In this document: positions 37,422-51,174 of the stretch, in pieces
Position numbering within the stretch: the first letter of the stretch is position 1
Layout: every line of letters starts with the position of its first letter
Source of the DNA: Curvularia clavata
Lineage: Eukaryota
Assembly (NCBI GenBank): GCA_023920165.1
Contig: CP089275.1
Coordinates: forward strand, 3,100,001-3,164,000
Direction: 5' to 3'
DNA length: 64,000 nucleotides
Notes under the pieces: model-generated
The model's database searches: none
What the model was told of the DNA's origin: nothing
The model's input: only the letters and a program-made list of their open reading frames with translations
Translations under genes and position numbers: made by a program

Positions 37422-39145
37422 ATGGGTACGTAGCTGCCCCCAGTCGATCCACGTCGATTCCGCGACATGACCGCTTCCTGCCGGCCGTGAGCCCTCGGGC
37501 TCTCGAGTGATACATATCTCTACACACACACGTCTACACACAGGGCATCGGCATCGACGAAGCAGTGCACTAGACACTATGCAGACCTGTCGCGGGTTGA
37601 TGTCGACGTGGCCGACAATGTTGCTTTTCCATTTCCCCTGGACCCCTGGCTGATCACTCCGTACAGATTCCAACGGTGCTACCTCTCCTGCGCCGCCCAC
37701 GCGTGCCTCCCCTTCACCTCCTGCTTCTGCGAGCGGCTTTCCAATGGACCAGACGTTCAACGGGTCGAGCCCTGCGGTTCACACCATCACGGCCAAGAAC
37801 CCAAAGGCCGCTGCCGCCATGGCCAACGACATGAACATTGTCCGCAGGAAGCTTACAGGCTACGTTGGTTTCGCCAACCTGCCCAACCAGTGGCACCGTA
37901 AGAGTGTGCGCAAGGGATTCAACTTCAACGTTATGGTTGTTGGTACGTGTGCCATGCTGCAATGCACTGGTGGTCGGTGCTAACGTGTCGTTACAGGCGA
38001 GTCTGGACTCGGAAAGTCTACCCTTGTGAACACCCTCTTCAACACTTCGCTGTACCCGCCCAAGGAACGCAAGCCCCCGAGCCTTGACATCTCCAAGACT
38101 GTCTCGATCCAGTCCATCAGCGCCGATATCGAGGAGAACGGCGTTCGTCTGAGGTTAACTGTTGTCGACACACCTGGCTTTGGCGACTTCATCAACAATG
38201 ATGAGTCCTGGGACCCCATTGTCAAGAACATTGAGCAACGGTTCGATGCCTATCTGGACGCCGAGAACAAGGTCAACCGCATGAACATTGTTGACAACCG
38301 CATCCACGCGGTCGTCTACTTTATCCAGCCCACTGGCCACTCCCTGAAGCCTATTGACATTGAGGTCATGAAGAAGCTCCACACCAAGGTCAACCTGATC
38401 CCCGTCATTGCCAAGGCCGACACTGTTACGGACGATGAAATTGACAACTACAAGAAGAGGGTGAGTGACAAATGTGTTTCAGCGCTAGGATGTGTATTGA
38501 CGTGCCCAGATCCTTGCAGACATTGCGTACCACAAGATCCAGATCTTTGAAGGACCCCGGTACGAGCTTGACGACGAGGAGACTATTGCCGAGAACCAGG
38601 AGATCATGGCCAAGGTTCCCTTTGCCGTTGTCGGTTCCAACACCGAGGTGACCACGGTCGACGGTCGCAAGGTCCGCGGACGTGCACTCCCATGGGGTGT
38701 GGTCGAGGTCGACAACGAGGAGCACTGCGACTTTGTCAAGCTCCGCCAGATGCTCATCCGCACCCACATGGAGGAGCTCAAGGAGAACACCAACAACGTC
38801 TTGTACGAGAACTACCGCTCAGAGAAGCTTGCACAGATGGGTATCCAGCAAGACTCGAGCGTGTTCAAGGAGGTCAACCCGGCCGTCAAGCAAGAGGAGG
38901 AGCGTTCGCTGCACGAGGCCAAGCTCCAGAAGATGGAGATGGAGATGAAGATGGTGTTCCAGCAAAAGGTGCAAGAGAAGGAAAGCAAGCTGCGCCAGAG
39001 CGAGGAAGAGCTGTACGCCCGTCACAAGGAGATGAAGGACCAGCTGGACCGGCAACGACAGGAGCTCGAGGAGAAGAAGGCACGTATCGAGTCCGGCCGG
39101 CCGATCGAGGAGAAGGGCAAGCGAAAGGGTTTCTCGCTCCGCTAA
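37422..39145 (+). CDS. CDC3: Septin Cdc3/AspB (introns 37426-37666, 37943-37996, 38461-38509; probable 5'-UTR intron 37226-37370)
   Basis: [41 protein letters not shown], a septin unique element and a coiled-coil C-terminus ending KRKGFSLR. First coding exon portion is ATGG (37422-37425). Confidence 0.95.
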
Positions 39146-40253
39146 GCGCCGAGATACTGGCGCGTAAATGGTTCGGCCTGCTCAGGTCTGAACGCACCAC
39201 GCCTGACCCTATAGCTCTTCTCACTTCTCTCCACCACGTTACCAAACCTTGTTTAATATAATGCGGCCGACGATACCACTGGGTGCTATCGGTAAAAGGG
39301 ACGATGCACGAGGATGCGACACTGGGAAACACGCATGCCCGTGTCACATCTTGGTGCAGTTGTCCGGATTGTTGATTGATACCAACGTCTTTGCGCTCCT
39401 TCCGATTCCCTTGCGTCTTTTTCGGCAATTTCCTATTTATTAGTATTCGGCAGATGTAGTTTGGAGCGAGGAGTGTCGGACATGTTCTTTTCATGTATTT
39501 TACAGACCATCACACTAGGCAATTTCATTTGTGGGTAAAAGACTGAGACACGGTGCATGAGTGAGAGCGTATGCAGTGAAGACTGTACAGGAAAGACCAG
39601 GCGGTTACTACTAGCTCTTGAGCGAGCAGAGGTAACGGCACGCGGACAAGGACCCGTGGATGGCAGGCGTGATGTTCGTTGCTGGCGGCTGAGGAGATCG
39701 TCAGGGTGCGGGTTGGTGCTGAGGCCAGACAGCGGCATGTGCTCGCCCACCTGCACAGCCTGGAATTGCTGCTGCCATGTCGTCACCCCTCAAAACGCCT
39801 CCCCAGCCTGGTTTACTGCCCGCTTTCTGTTTCCACGTCCTTCTAAGACTGCCTTTACCCCCGTTGCTCTGCTCCTCCTCTACATACGCTGCCAACATTC
39901 TGCTCGCAACACCCAAACCCACCCAGTCCTGCTGAGCCGCCGGATCCATTATCTCTATCGGTAAGTTGACCCCGCCAGCCAGCCGCGAACAGTGTCATGA
40001 GCGGGTCCCGAGAGCCGGGCACAAGCAACTGTTGCAGCAGAACCCGGCCACTGTTCCGGACACATTGCACCTCCACTCTTCCACAGCGCTGCCGATTCCT
40101 GTCAGCAATTTAGCAAACGTTGTCCAGCATCTCGCACGCTGCACGCTTCTCTCTCTATACTCTGTTGCTGACGTCCCCCCAAGTACCCCTCCATTACGTA
40201 GCACACACACAAACGCACACACGACAGCTGCCACAACCGCCGAAATCTCAACA

Positions 40254-41161
40254 ATGGCCCCTCCACCGCCAGCCACGATGCCCTTGGGCGAGCGTCTCGC
40301 TGCCCTGGCGCAGACTCTGCAGTTTGCCTGGTTCGCTGGACACGTTACGCTGCTGCTCTCTACGCTGCGCTACGGCCTGTCGTACCTTACGTTCAACTTT
40401 TCCTCGCGATGGGCTTCCTTCTCTTATCGCACCGCCTTCCTGTCGGCCTGTGTCACGTACGGCATTGTCGTCTACAAGGCATACCGCGCGCGCATGAGGG
40501 CAGGAAAGCAGAGCGGTGTTGTTGCGCTCGCTACCGATGAGAATGTTCAGTACTTGAGTGAGTGCCCCGGCAGTCCTCCACGGCAATGTGACTGTTACGA
40601 GTAGCACGTGCTAACCAATGCCTAGTCATGGCCCTCACATGGCTGTTCTCTCGCCAGATCCCGCTTGCTATCCTTCCCTTCTCCGTCTACTCCATCTTCC
40701 ACGTCGCTACCTATGTGCGCTCCAACCTGCTGCCCACCATCCAGCCCCCACCCGCCGCTCAGTCGGGCGCCAAGCCCCAGGGATCGGCTGCCTCGGAGGC
40801 CATTGGCAAGTTTGTCAAGGAGTACTATGATAGCTCCATGACGCTTGTTGCGCTTCTCGAGATCTTCCTCTGGTTCCGCGTCTTTGGTTCTGCCCTCCTC
40901 TTCCAGAAGGGTTCCTGGATCCTGCTCGCCGTCTACACCGTCTTCTTCCGCGCCCGCGTTGCACAAAGCAGCTTTGTCCAGGACGCCATCAGCCAGCTCA
41001 CTGCTCGCATTGACGCTCAGCTTGCCAACCAGAGCACTCCTCCCGCTGCCAAGCAGGGCTGGGGCACCTTCAAGACTGTCGTCCGCCAGGCTGCCGACGC
41101 CACCGACATCCGCAGGTACGTTGGTGGCCAGCCTGGTGCCGCCCCCAAGAAGGCCCAGTAA
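40254..41161 (+). CDS. POM33: Pom33/Tts1 (TMEM33 family) nuclear-pore/ER membrane protein (intron 40558-40625; probable 5'-UTR intron 39961-40201)
   Basis: QTLQFAWFAGH, TYGIVVYK, DENVQYL and LPFSVYSIFHVATY motifs. Confidence 0.85.
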
Positions 41162-44100
41162 GCCCTTCCCAAATTGGGGAACTAGACATGATGTGTATCC
41201 AACCATGCTCGACAAGTCACATGTTTGGGAGGAAGAAGCAGGTAGTAGTCTTTTGGTATATGGAATCTTGACGACGATACGGCAGGTCATGACAGCAATA
41301 GAACATGGATTTTAGTTCTCACTGTCTCGCGAGAAGGCGAGATTGGTTTGCGGAAAAAGGAAGAAAAGCGTTTTGAAGGCAGGAAGTTTTGGTGTCGTTA
41401 GCGAAGATATATCCCTAGTGTGTCTATGGTGTCTGCGTGTATCAGTGTATGTAGGTGCGCGCGAGGCGAGAGGAGGTGGATGCTGGCCTGGCGAGTGCCA
41501 AAGGAAGGATAGTACAGAAGTAAAGAAACGAAAAGGGAAATGTATATTCGTTTGGCTGGTATTGCTATCGTTGTGTCTCGATGTAGCTTGTGACTTTTTT
41601 GAGTGTTTTGGTAATGCGAGTAGATGAATATATGGAGGCTTGGTTTTTTTTATATTGATGTCACCTTTTTCTCCAAGGATAAAGACGGTGTTGAATGGAT
41701 ATCATACAAATGTTCTGACTGAAAAAAAAAAGTGTGTGAGAAGAACGCAACTTGTTTTTCTGTCTTTCTCGAGTATCATTTGTATGCAATGGAGACATTG
41801 CTCGCCATGAGATTGCAGTGCTTTACAAATGTCGTTCCTATCGTCCTTATAGATGTACTTTCTTTTCTTCTTTCTTTTCTTCGATTTTTACTTCTTTTTG
41901 TTACTCGTGTTTTCAGTATATACACGCACGCGTCCATCTGCATCCGTATTCAGAGGGTGATGACGAAGTGCGCATTGCGGAGTCGGGTATGTTTTTACTT
42001 CTCTTTTTTTTAAACGATATCATAAGACAATTGCTGTTACTTTGCAAAGCGAAAGAGCGAAACATGGTATGGCAGCAAGACATGAGTATCGTGTTTAAGA
42101 GAGCAAGGGAGGGAGACGATGAGATTCTTGGTACGCAGGGAGAAGATTGAAAAACTTTTCAATCACAAGTATAATTCTCCACATGTTTCTATTTGTTTCC
42201 ATCTACACTTATCTCTTCTCTTGCTCTGCTCAGTAGCTATATGTCCATTCAGGAAACAAATATTCACAGTCATGCTCCGAAAGGTCTTGGCATCGGAGTT
42301 TTCTTCCTTGGCAGAGACTGGTTTTCTTGAACACTTCGGCAGAGGGGATAGATATCCCGAAAAAAAGAAAACAACAAAATAGAGCCAAGAGCTCGGAGTC
42401 TGGGGGAGAAGAAAGGAGAAAAGGGAAAGGGAGGAAGCACATGTCGGGCCGAGGAGGCGTGGCTAGGCGTGGTTTGTGTTTTGCTTTTTGTCTGGGCGAA
42501 ATAGGGTACGTGGTGAGGGAGTGGGTCACGGGGATCGTAGTGCACGTGGCTTGCGTACTCTGTCTTTGTACTATGTAAGAGAAAGGGAAAGAGAGGGGAA
42601 AAGAAAAGAGACCAAGCGAAAAGGAAGGGTAGAGTGACGTGCTGCATTGAATACTTGAAAGAGGAAACGGGATTGTTTGTGGACGCAAGAGAAGGAAAAG
42701 AGGCGGAGGCTGATGGCTGGGCAGGCCGTCTCTTCGGTTGTATATCACTCTGTAAAGCCTGGATCGTTGAGATGTGGTATATTGCAGTGGCGTAAATTAA
42801 AGGACGTACAGTCAGGACCGGATAGTATCCAGATGCAGGTGAGGTTGCACCGCCAGGAGAAAGAGGAAATTTGTTCCAGTACGTACCATTCCAAGCTTTC
42901 AGCCGCACGTTCTAGAATGGTTTTGTCAGGTATAAGCTCAAACACAACGACAGAGGTGGCACTCTAGACTTCAGTTCAAATCTGGAAAACCAAGTCTCAG
43001 TTCAGTTAGAGATGAGATCTGGGCCGCAAGCCACAACCGTGACGACGGCAAACAGGTGTTCGTGGCTCCTAGGCGCATTGTGCAGACTCCTTGCTCCTGG
43101 TGTGGATTCCAGACTGTCTCTGAAACTTAGTAGTCCGGCCCGGTGTGTGTTAGGCGCAGAGAGAACTCTTCTAGCGTCAGGTGGAGTGGACGATGACGTA
43201 TCTGAACCCATTCAAAACGCAATTCTCGACAACCGGAGACTTGTTAAGAAGTCCGAACAAAAGAATTGCGTGGCATAGTGCGCGCCGCGGAGATGAAGGC
43301 CGTGAGTCCAGACTGTGAGACTTTTTCACGTCGTGTGTAAGCTCCTTGGAATGCTATTGGTCAAAATGTATCTGCAAAGATGCAACGATGCAGACAACGA
43401 AACAACGACTACCACGATCACGATCCCACAAACATAGTAGCCAGGGTGCCTGAGCGGTTATTTCCCAAGTACGGCGGAAAGTGGCTGCTCGCACAAAGCC
43501 AAGGCTATAGGAAGGAATTAGCAGATGCGCGCAGCTCGTACAGCAGACGTGGCCCGCTAGCAGAGTTACAGTTTAACAATGGCAGTTGGCATGCTGCTAA
43601 GTATGGAAAAAAAGGTCGTCTGTGTTTTGCTCTGTGCGTGCAAGTATTGGAAAGCTCCACATGCCCCATTGCACTACCGGAGAAAATAAGGCGCGATAAA
43701 GAGCGATACGAGCAGGTTGAGACCGAGGTGCAGGCCGCAGCATCCGAGCGCTCGGAGACAAGCGACAGATTTGCCTCTTGGAAGCATCGAAAGCGACTCA
43801 GGAGAGATCAGACAGGTGGGACTGTAGTGTAGAGCGGAGCGGGTAATGTGCTGAACAAGGTTTAGAAAGAGCTGCGCCCCAGAGCTCGGATGTGGGGGTT
43901 ACGGCACGTTTTGGTGTGCAATGGGCCCCCTTTTTGGTCTGACAAGGCTTGGACATATGCAGCGTAGAGGTGTACAGAGAGGGAAGAAAATCGACAAGAC
44001 CGTATTCGGGGTTAGTAGTGTACCGCAAAGTGAGAACGTGCCCGCGGACGGGGGACATGGCGGTGAGAACAGGCGCTGGCGGTTCTGATGGCATCAGCGG

Positions 44101-45325
44101 CGTGGCGTGATGGAGTGGTTTTTATCGACTGCTAATGCAGGGCACTCGACAGCCGTCACAGCCAAGGGCTGACATGTGTAAGAGGCGTGTGTAAGAAGGG
44201 ACGCGCGAGTGGAGTACGGGTAAAGAGAGCAGTGGGTGGTAGTAGTAGACGGTTTGTTTGGCAGCGGCAGTATGGATGGGGGAGCAATAATGAGCTCGCA
44301 GTAGTGCCGCGCTTGATGCACAGCATAGCGAAGGAACCGGGTCGTTGTCGGTGGCTTGAAGGGGGCCGGCCGAAACGTTCCGGGCGGGAGGGCACAAGCT
44401 TTTCTCGGGACGATTTGCGAGAGATTGGTTCAGGATGACGATTCCAGATGTGGCGTGTATAGTGTTGTATACTAGATGTGAGGGTGGTTGCGTGGGCGTG
44501 TGGACATGGCAGGCGTCAGATGATGCGGGCTGCAGGAGCACCCGATGTGCCTGTCAGATCACCACAGATCAACACAGATCGGCCTGAATGGCGCTTGGGG
44601 GACAGAGAGGGTGGTGAAGATGTGGACGAGGCCCGGGTGAGAGGAGCACAGGGTGGTGGTGGTGGTGGTGGTGCAGACAAAGGATGCAGTACGGCAGAGT
44701 CTCGACCTGTATACAGCTGCACGTGTAATTTGGAAGCAGATTGATGAGGATGAGCTGGTTGCATGAGCCGGCGGGCGACGGGCGGCGCCACGGCAGTCGT
44801 CTACGCAGGAGTAGCAAGAGCATGTAACGACGGTATAGATTCTGGCCTCAGGATGCCTGGCGCCGTGAGACGTGGTGGGGCTTGTTCGCAGCTGGGCTGG
44901 CAAGAGGATGCACACGCCATAGTCGGCAGCCTTCTTGCGCTGCTGGCATGGGCAGACGAATGGCAGGGCCAGGACACGGCCAGGGCAGTGGCAGGGATCC
45001 CCTAGGCGTGCAGGGAGCCGGCTAGCGAGCCACGCTACCGTCACCCACTTTCACCGTCTCGGGTGCTCGATGCATGTGTATATAGGCTCCTGTATACCCT
45101 CACCCGTTGCGCTCTTCTCCCCGCTGACGACATTGCAAACACGCCTGCCAGGTCCCGCTCGCTGTCGTCGTCGGCAAACACACACTGCCAAATATATATA
45201 CATATTCACATGTACATTCGCTTGTTCCTCTGCCCTCCACAACTCTGAGCATCTAGTCTCCACGGCAACGTCACAACTCGCGGAACAAGACCAGCAACCG
45301 ACAGGAAAAAGAAAACTCCGCCAAA

Positions 45326-46440
45326 ATGGACTTCTCTCCAGCTCTCTCCATCAACAGCGACATGACCGACGAGGAGCTCGACAGGTACTTTGCCAGCTGC
45401 GTCCCGCTGTCCAACCTGCCCACCCCTCCTCCAGCCAAGGAACCTACGCCTGCAACCCCAAGACGCCTCGCCTGCCACCCACCACGCACGCCACAACCAT
45501 CGCAGCCATGCACATCAACATGCCCGTCAAACGTCGCAGCCTCACCAACCCTCGTCGGTCAGTTTTTCTCGCTTTTCTTGCATTTCTGTTTTGCCAAAAC
45601 ACTATCCCTTCCCTCCCCTGGCCTAGTCGGACCGGACGGCACAGCCAGTTTCCCTGCATATGCCTTCTTGGCCCACGTCGCCTGATTTCATACCTTCTTC
45701 CTCAACCCTAACATGGCGGCTCCACAGCAAGCAGCCGTCCCTGTCGATCCCTCTTTGTTCCATGCACACATCCTTTTACCCAGTATTCATGCCGACGCAA
45801 TCGCTGCCTTGTTTTTGCCTGATCTTATGCTAACTTTCTATCAATAGCTTACGCAGCCCACCTTGCCAATCTTGTTCCCCTCAACGTCTCCACCCAACGA
45901 CCTCATGCATCGGTCATCCAAGGCTTTTTGCTCCGCGCCGGCCTACCTGACGACATTGTGGCGTTTGCTGCCTGCATTCTCGACGGCTTGAGCAGTCGTT
46001 TCGCTGCCGCGTGGAGGGATGCTCTTGCACCCACTAACGACGGCCGTACCACACAGGATCTGCTACGGACCGACGCCCACATCAGCCCAGACGTCATTGT
46101 TTTGGCCGCCCTTTCACTGGCACACGGCTTCCTCGTCGACCGAATGAGGTCCTCGCGGCACTGGTGCGTCAAGGAGAGCAATGGAGCATTCCAAGTGCAC
46201 CAGATGGAGGCGACCAAGCGGGCCATGCTCCACGATATGGACTACCGTCTGTCGCGCATCTCCAACGACATGGTCCAGCGCAGGTTGAAAAACATGCAAC
46301 CCACCAATGCATCTCCATCACTCGCCGCCACGCACGACGAGACGGATACCAAGCTGCCACGTCGGCGCAACCTTGGCTTTACGCTGCAAGGCGCTGCAGT
46401 CTGGCAGCACGGCGTACAGACTCCAGAACCCAGCCCCTGA
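45326..46440 (+). CDS. Cyclin-like domain protein (Pcl/Clg1-like fold; intron 45558-45847)
   Basis: Splicing GTCAGT...CTAAC...TAG joins exon 1 in frame to LPDDIVAFAACILD...VIVLAALSLAHGFLVD...W...MEATKRAMLHDMDYRL, a degenerate cyclin box. Confidence 0.7.
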
Positions 46441-47683
46441 TGGCTCACGGCGCTATTTATACGTGAAACGAATCTTGTTAATTCACCATCCTTGCATTCC
46501 GTTTAGCTGCCTTCCTTGACGATACCCCCCGCCTCGCGGCCCTTCTCGCATTTTAATCACAGCGCACTGCGCATACATTGGCGTTTTCAGGCGTGCACCA
46601 GGCCGGACAGCCCCGGCCATGTCATATTGTTTCGTCCCGGCATAGTGGACCTCTTAGTATTTACTAGTATTCAGACGGCGTCTTGGGACTTTGTTTCACT
46701 GCTTGTATATATTAACCAGTACCCGCTAGAGACATGTACTTGGATAGCAGTGTTAGTATATATATACGTAATGCCAAAAGTCTTTCATGAGCACAACTAC
46801 CTCGTCCCATATCCGAGAGTCATTGGTTCGGCGATTCTCTGTAGTCGGTCTTGAAAAGGACTTTAGGTGATTTATAGACTAACACCCGTCACGTGTGTTG
46901 CATTGCTCGTTGTCTGTTTGCAAAACAGACAGGTTGTGAGGCTGAGCTAGTCTCCTTTGGGACAGCTTGCGCCACACCAAATCGTCAGGCCACAAAACAT
47001 GCAACGAGCACATGTCGATAGAACGCAACGTGGGATTCCAGCCGGCCCGAATGGATTTGCATCATGGACAAGCTTTGATGTTGCTGATTCGCCCGCAATA
47101 GCTACGCGAGAAACTGTATCATGCACACGCGAGACGCAGAGACGAAGCGCCATGGTTGGACGCGGAGGGCGTACAGTACATGGACACACCCGCAGCATCC
47201 GCACGTCGACGTCAGCTTCATTCTATTCAAGCCATGGGAATCGCGATGCTACACCTACGACGCGCCTCAATTGTGCCAAGGCATGAGTATGCATGGCCTC
47301 ATTGGACAGGCCGTCTCTATTGTCCTAGTTCAGTGGTCCGCGATGGTTTCGCGGGGTAGCTGCTACCCCACTTTGTACTGGTTCACGCATACACGATGCA
47401 TGGGAGGGAGCTCAACAGCTTGATGATTAGATGTCAGCAGTGGCTATTCCCCATATTGGGCGCTGGCTTTCCCCCCGCTATGGGCCTAGCCGCTCCTGCT
47501 CTCCTGATATATCTCGGTGCGCCCCTCCTGCGTTGTCGTCATGCCAGCCTGGTTTCCACTTCTTCTTCGTCCTGCTTGAAGTCGTGTCCCGAGGCATCTC
47601 TGCAACCCATTGTCAGACATATATAGCTTGCAGCTCCCTCGTCCACCCCATCACGCCGTCTCTCTCCCATTGACTCTCCCACC

Positions 47684-50600
47684 ATGGCTGCAACCCCCAA
47701 TCCCCGCGAGCGTAGGCCTTCGACGAGCGCCCCGCTCGCCGATCTCAAAGGACCCATTGGGCCCGCCTTTAGCCGTCCCAAGCACAAGAGGACGGTGACT
47801 GGCTTCGGTCCTAGCGAGATCAAGAGCGTCGAAGCGAGTATTCCAGAGCCCCAGCGCGAGACATGGAGAAAGTTTGTAAGTGAATGGAGCTGTGGCGCCA
47901 ACGATAACCTAGCAGCGCCAGTGGGTTAACCACCGAGCAGATGCCCAAACCCTTCTCTACCCCAGAAGACTTCACAAAAGACACGGTTCGCCATATCGAG
48001 ACTACGCTTGCACGTTCGCTCTTCAACTGCGATGAGTCGGCCGCCTACGCCGGAACGGCCCTCGCCTTTCGCGATCGCCTGGTCTTGGACTGGAACAAGA
48101 CACAGCAGAGCCAGACTTTTGCTGACCAGAAGCGTGTATACTGTACGGGAATCTTGCAGATGCGTTATATGGAGTCATGGGCTGATTGTATTAGATCTCT
48201 CTCTTGAATTCCTCATGGGACGCGCGTTGGACAATGCTATGCTCAATGTCGAGCAGAAAGACCTTGCTACCAGTAAGATTGGAGTCCCATAAAATATGCT
48301 TTACATATCCTAATATACGCACAGAGGGTCTGAGCGACCTCGGTTTCCGCATGGAGGACATCATCTCCCAAGAACACGATGCTGCCCTCGGAAACGGTGG
48401 ACTTGGACGTCTAGCCGCCTGCTTCCTCGACTCCATGGCCTCGCTAAACTACCCCGCCTGGGGCTATGGCCTACGCTACCGCTATGGTATCTTTAAACAA
48501 GAGATTGTCGACGGATACCAGGTCGAGGTTCCCGACTACTGGCTAGACTTCAACCCGTGGGAGTTCCAGCGTCACGATATTGTAGTTGACGTGCAATTCT
48601 ACGGCCATGTCAACCGCTGGCAGGATGACGAGGGCAAGCAGCAGAGCTCCTGGGAGGGCGGCGAGATCGTTCAGGCCGTGGCCTTTGACGTACCCGTCCC
48701 TGGATACAAGACTGGCACCTGCAACAACCTTCGTCTCTGGGGCAGCAAGGCGGCTAGCGGTGAATTTGATTTCCAGAAATTCAACTCTGGCGAGTACGAG
48801 AACGCTGTGGCTGAACAACAGCGTGCTGAGACCATCTCGGCCGTTCTATACCCGAACGACAAGTATGTATCTTGAAGGCTTTCCAAGCGCGTGACCTGAC
48901 TTTTGACAGCCTCGACCGTGGCAAGGAGCTTCGCTTGAAGCAGCAGTACTTCTGGTGCGCAGCCTCCCTCTACGACATTGTTCGACGTTTCAAGAAGAGC
49001 AAGCGCGCGTGGAAGGAATTCCCCAATCAGGTAGCTATTCAGCTCAACGATACTCACCCAACCCTCGCCATTCCTGAGCTACAGAGGATACTGGTCGATA
49101 TTGAGGGACTTGACTGGGATGACGCGTGGAACAGTAAGCTCTACCACGAACATGAAAGTGCCCTAGAGCTGATAAAATGCAGTCGTCCAAAAGACGTTTG
49201 GTTACACTAACCACACCGTCCTCCCTGAGGCGCTTGAGAAGTGGTCTGTTCCACTTATGCAGCACCTCCTCCCACGCCACCTTCAGGTAATTTCGATTCC
49301 GCAGTTACTCTCAGACACTACTGACATGAGATTAGATCATCTATGAAATCAACTACAATTTCCTTCAATTCGTCGAGAGGACTTTCCCCAAGGAGCGCGA
49401 TATCCTCGGACGCGTGTCCATTATTGAAGAGTCGAACCCCAAGATGGTGCGCATGGCTTATCTGGCTGTGATTGGTTCACACAAGGTCAACGGAGTAGCT
49501 GAGCTGCACTCTGATTTGATCAAGACAACAATCTTCAAGGATTTTGTCAAGATCTATGGACCTGACAAGTTCACCAATGTCACCAACGGCATCACTCCGC
49601 GCAGGTGGCTCCACCAGGCTAACCCCAAGCTATCTGATTTGATTGCATCAAAGCTCGGCGGATACGAGTTCCTCAAGGACCTCACGCTGCTTAACAAGCT
49701 TGAGGCATTTGTTGACGATAAAGAATTCCGCAAGGAGTTCCGCGACATCAAGTATGCCAACAAGGTGCGCCTTGCACAGCACATTTTGGAGCACAATGGC
49801 GTCAAGGTCAATCCAGCGGCGCTGTTTGATGTCCAGGTCAAGCGTATTCACGAATACAAGCGCCAGCAGTTGAACATTTTTGGTGTCATCCACCGCTATC
49901 TGCAGATCAAAGCCATGTCACCTGAAGAGCGCCAGAAGCTGACGCCTCGTGTGTCGATTTTCGGCGGCAAGGCTGCTCCAGGTTACTGGATGGCTAAGAC
50001 AGTCATCCACCTCATCAACAAGGTTGGTGAGGTTGTCAATAACGACAAGGATGTTGGCGACGCCCTCAAGGTCATCTACTTGGCCGATTACAATGTCAGC
50101 AAGGCGGAGATTATCTGCCCTGCTAGTGATATCAGCGAGCACATCTCGACGGCTGGTACTGAAGCGTCTGGCACGAGTAACATGAAGTTCTGCCTCAACG
50201 GTGGTCTGATTATCGGTACATGCGACGGCGCCAACGTGAGTTTCAATATCGAAAGTTTGGAAGATATTGGCTAACCTTTGGATAGATTGAGATTACCCGC
50301 GAGATCGGCGACCAGAACATCTTCCTCTTCGGCAATTTGGCCGAAGACGTCGAGGACCTTCGTCACGCACATATGTACTCTCAGTACCAGCTTGACCCGT
50401 CACTTGCCAATGTCTTTGATGCCATTCGAAACAACACTTTTGGCGACGCCGAGCAGTTTTCCGCACTTGTTAATGGCATTGTGGACCACGGCGACTACTA
50501 CCTCGTATCGGACGACTTTGCGTCGTACGTCAAGACGCAGGAGCTCATTGACGAGAGCTTCAAGAACACCGAAGAGTGGACCACAAAGACGATTACTACC

Positions 50601-50705
50601 GTCGCACGCATGGGCTTCTTCTCGAGCGACAGGTGCATTGATGAGTATGCTGAGGCCATTTGGAACATTGAGCCTTTGCAGGTCAACAAGGAGCCAGCCC
50701 CGTAG
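47684..50705 (+). CDS. GPH1: Glycogen phosphorylase, 8 exons (introns 47876-47940, 48143-48194, 48273-48324, 48863-48909, 49134-49182, 49287-49335, 50236-50285)
   Basis: HKRTVTGF regulatory site, [38 protein letters not shown] and the PLP-binding [10 protein letters not shown]. Confidence 0.97.
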
Positions 50706-51174
50706 ATGTGATTTGATGAAGTTGCAGCAATTCATCGGCGGCGGTCATCACAAGAATATGTCTAGATTCAAGACAAGATTTGTTCTCTTTAAGTAGTTTT
50801 GAAGCAATAATGATTGGCCTATGGCTTTGATAGGAATGGCATGCTTGACTCTCCTGTCGTTAGAAACTGACGTTAAATGAAACTTGAGATATTCAAAACA
50901 TATAGGAAAATAGATGCAGATAATGCGAAAGCAAGACCTGATCTTGTATCACCCTCGCATCTGCTACTGAGCAAGCATGTGAAAGATGGGTGTAGACCCT
51001 GGCACTTCCACCAGATCCGAATTAGGCATAGACCCCCCGCACCCCCAGCAGCGAGCTGACGCACGGGTCGCGTCCGACGACGCGCGACGTCAATCTGGGC
51101 AATCTGGCCGCTCTGCAACGATAGCTCTGCTGCGACGACATACAACGAGAGCTCTAAACACCGCGACCGCAGAG

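Noticed and set aside
42225..42250. Resemblance to the 18S rRNA 5' end / a C/D snoRNA guide ending in CTGA on the minus strand
   Set aside because: There are mismatches in the middle of the putative duplex and no convincing box C at a suitable distance.
43380..43832. 150-aa plus-strand ORF
   Set aside because: No recognisable domain or codon bias, and no supporting promoter or splice context.
45703..45712. CAACCCTAAC as a telomerase RNA template or telomeric repeat
   Set aside because: It is a single short match inside an intron, better explained as a branch-point motif.
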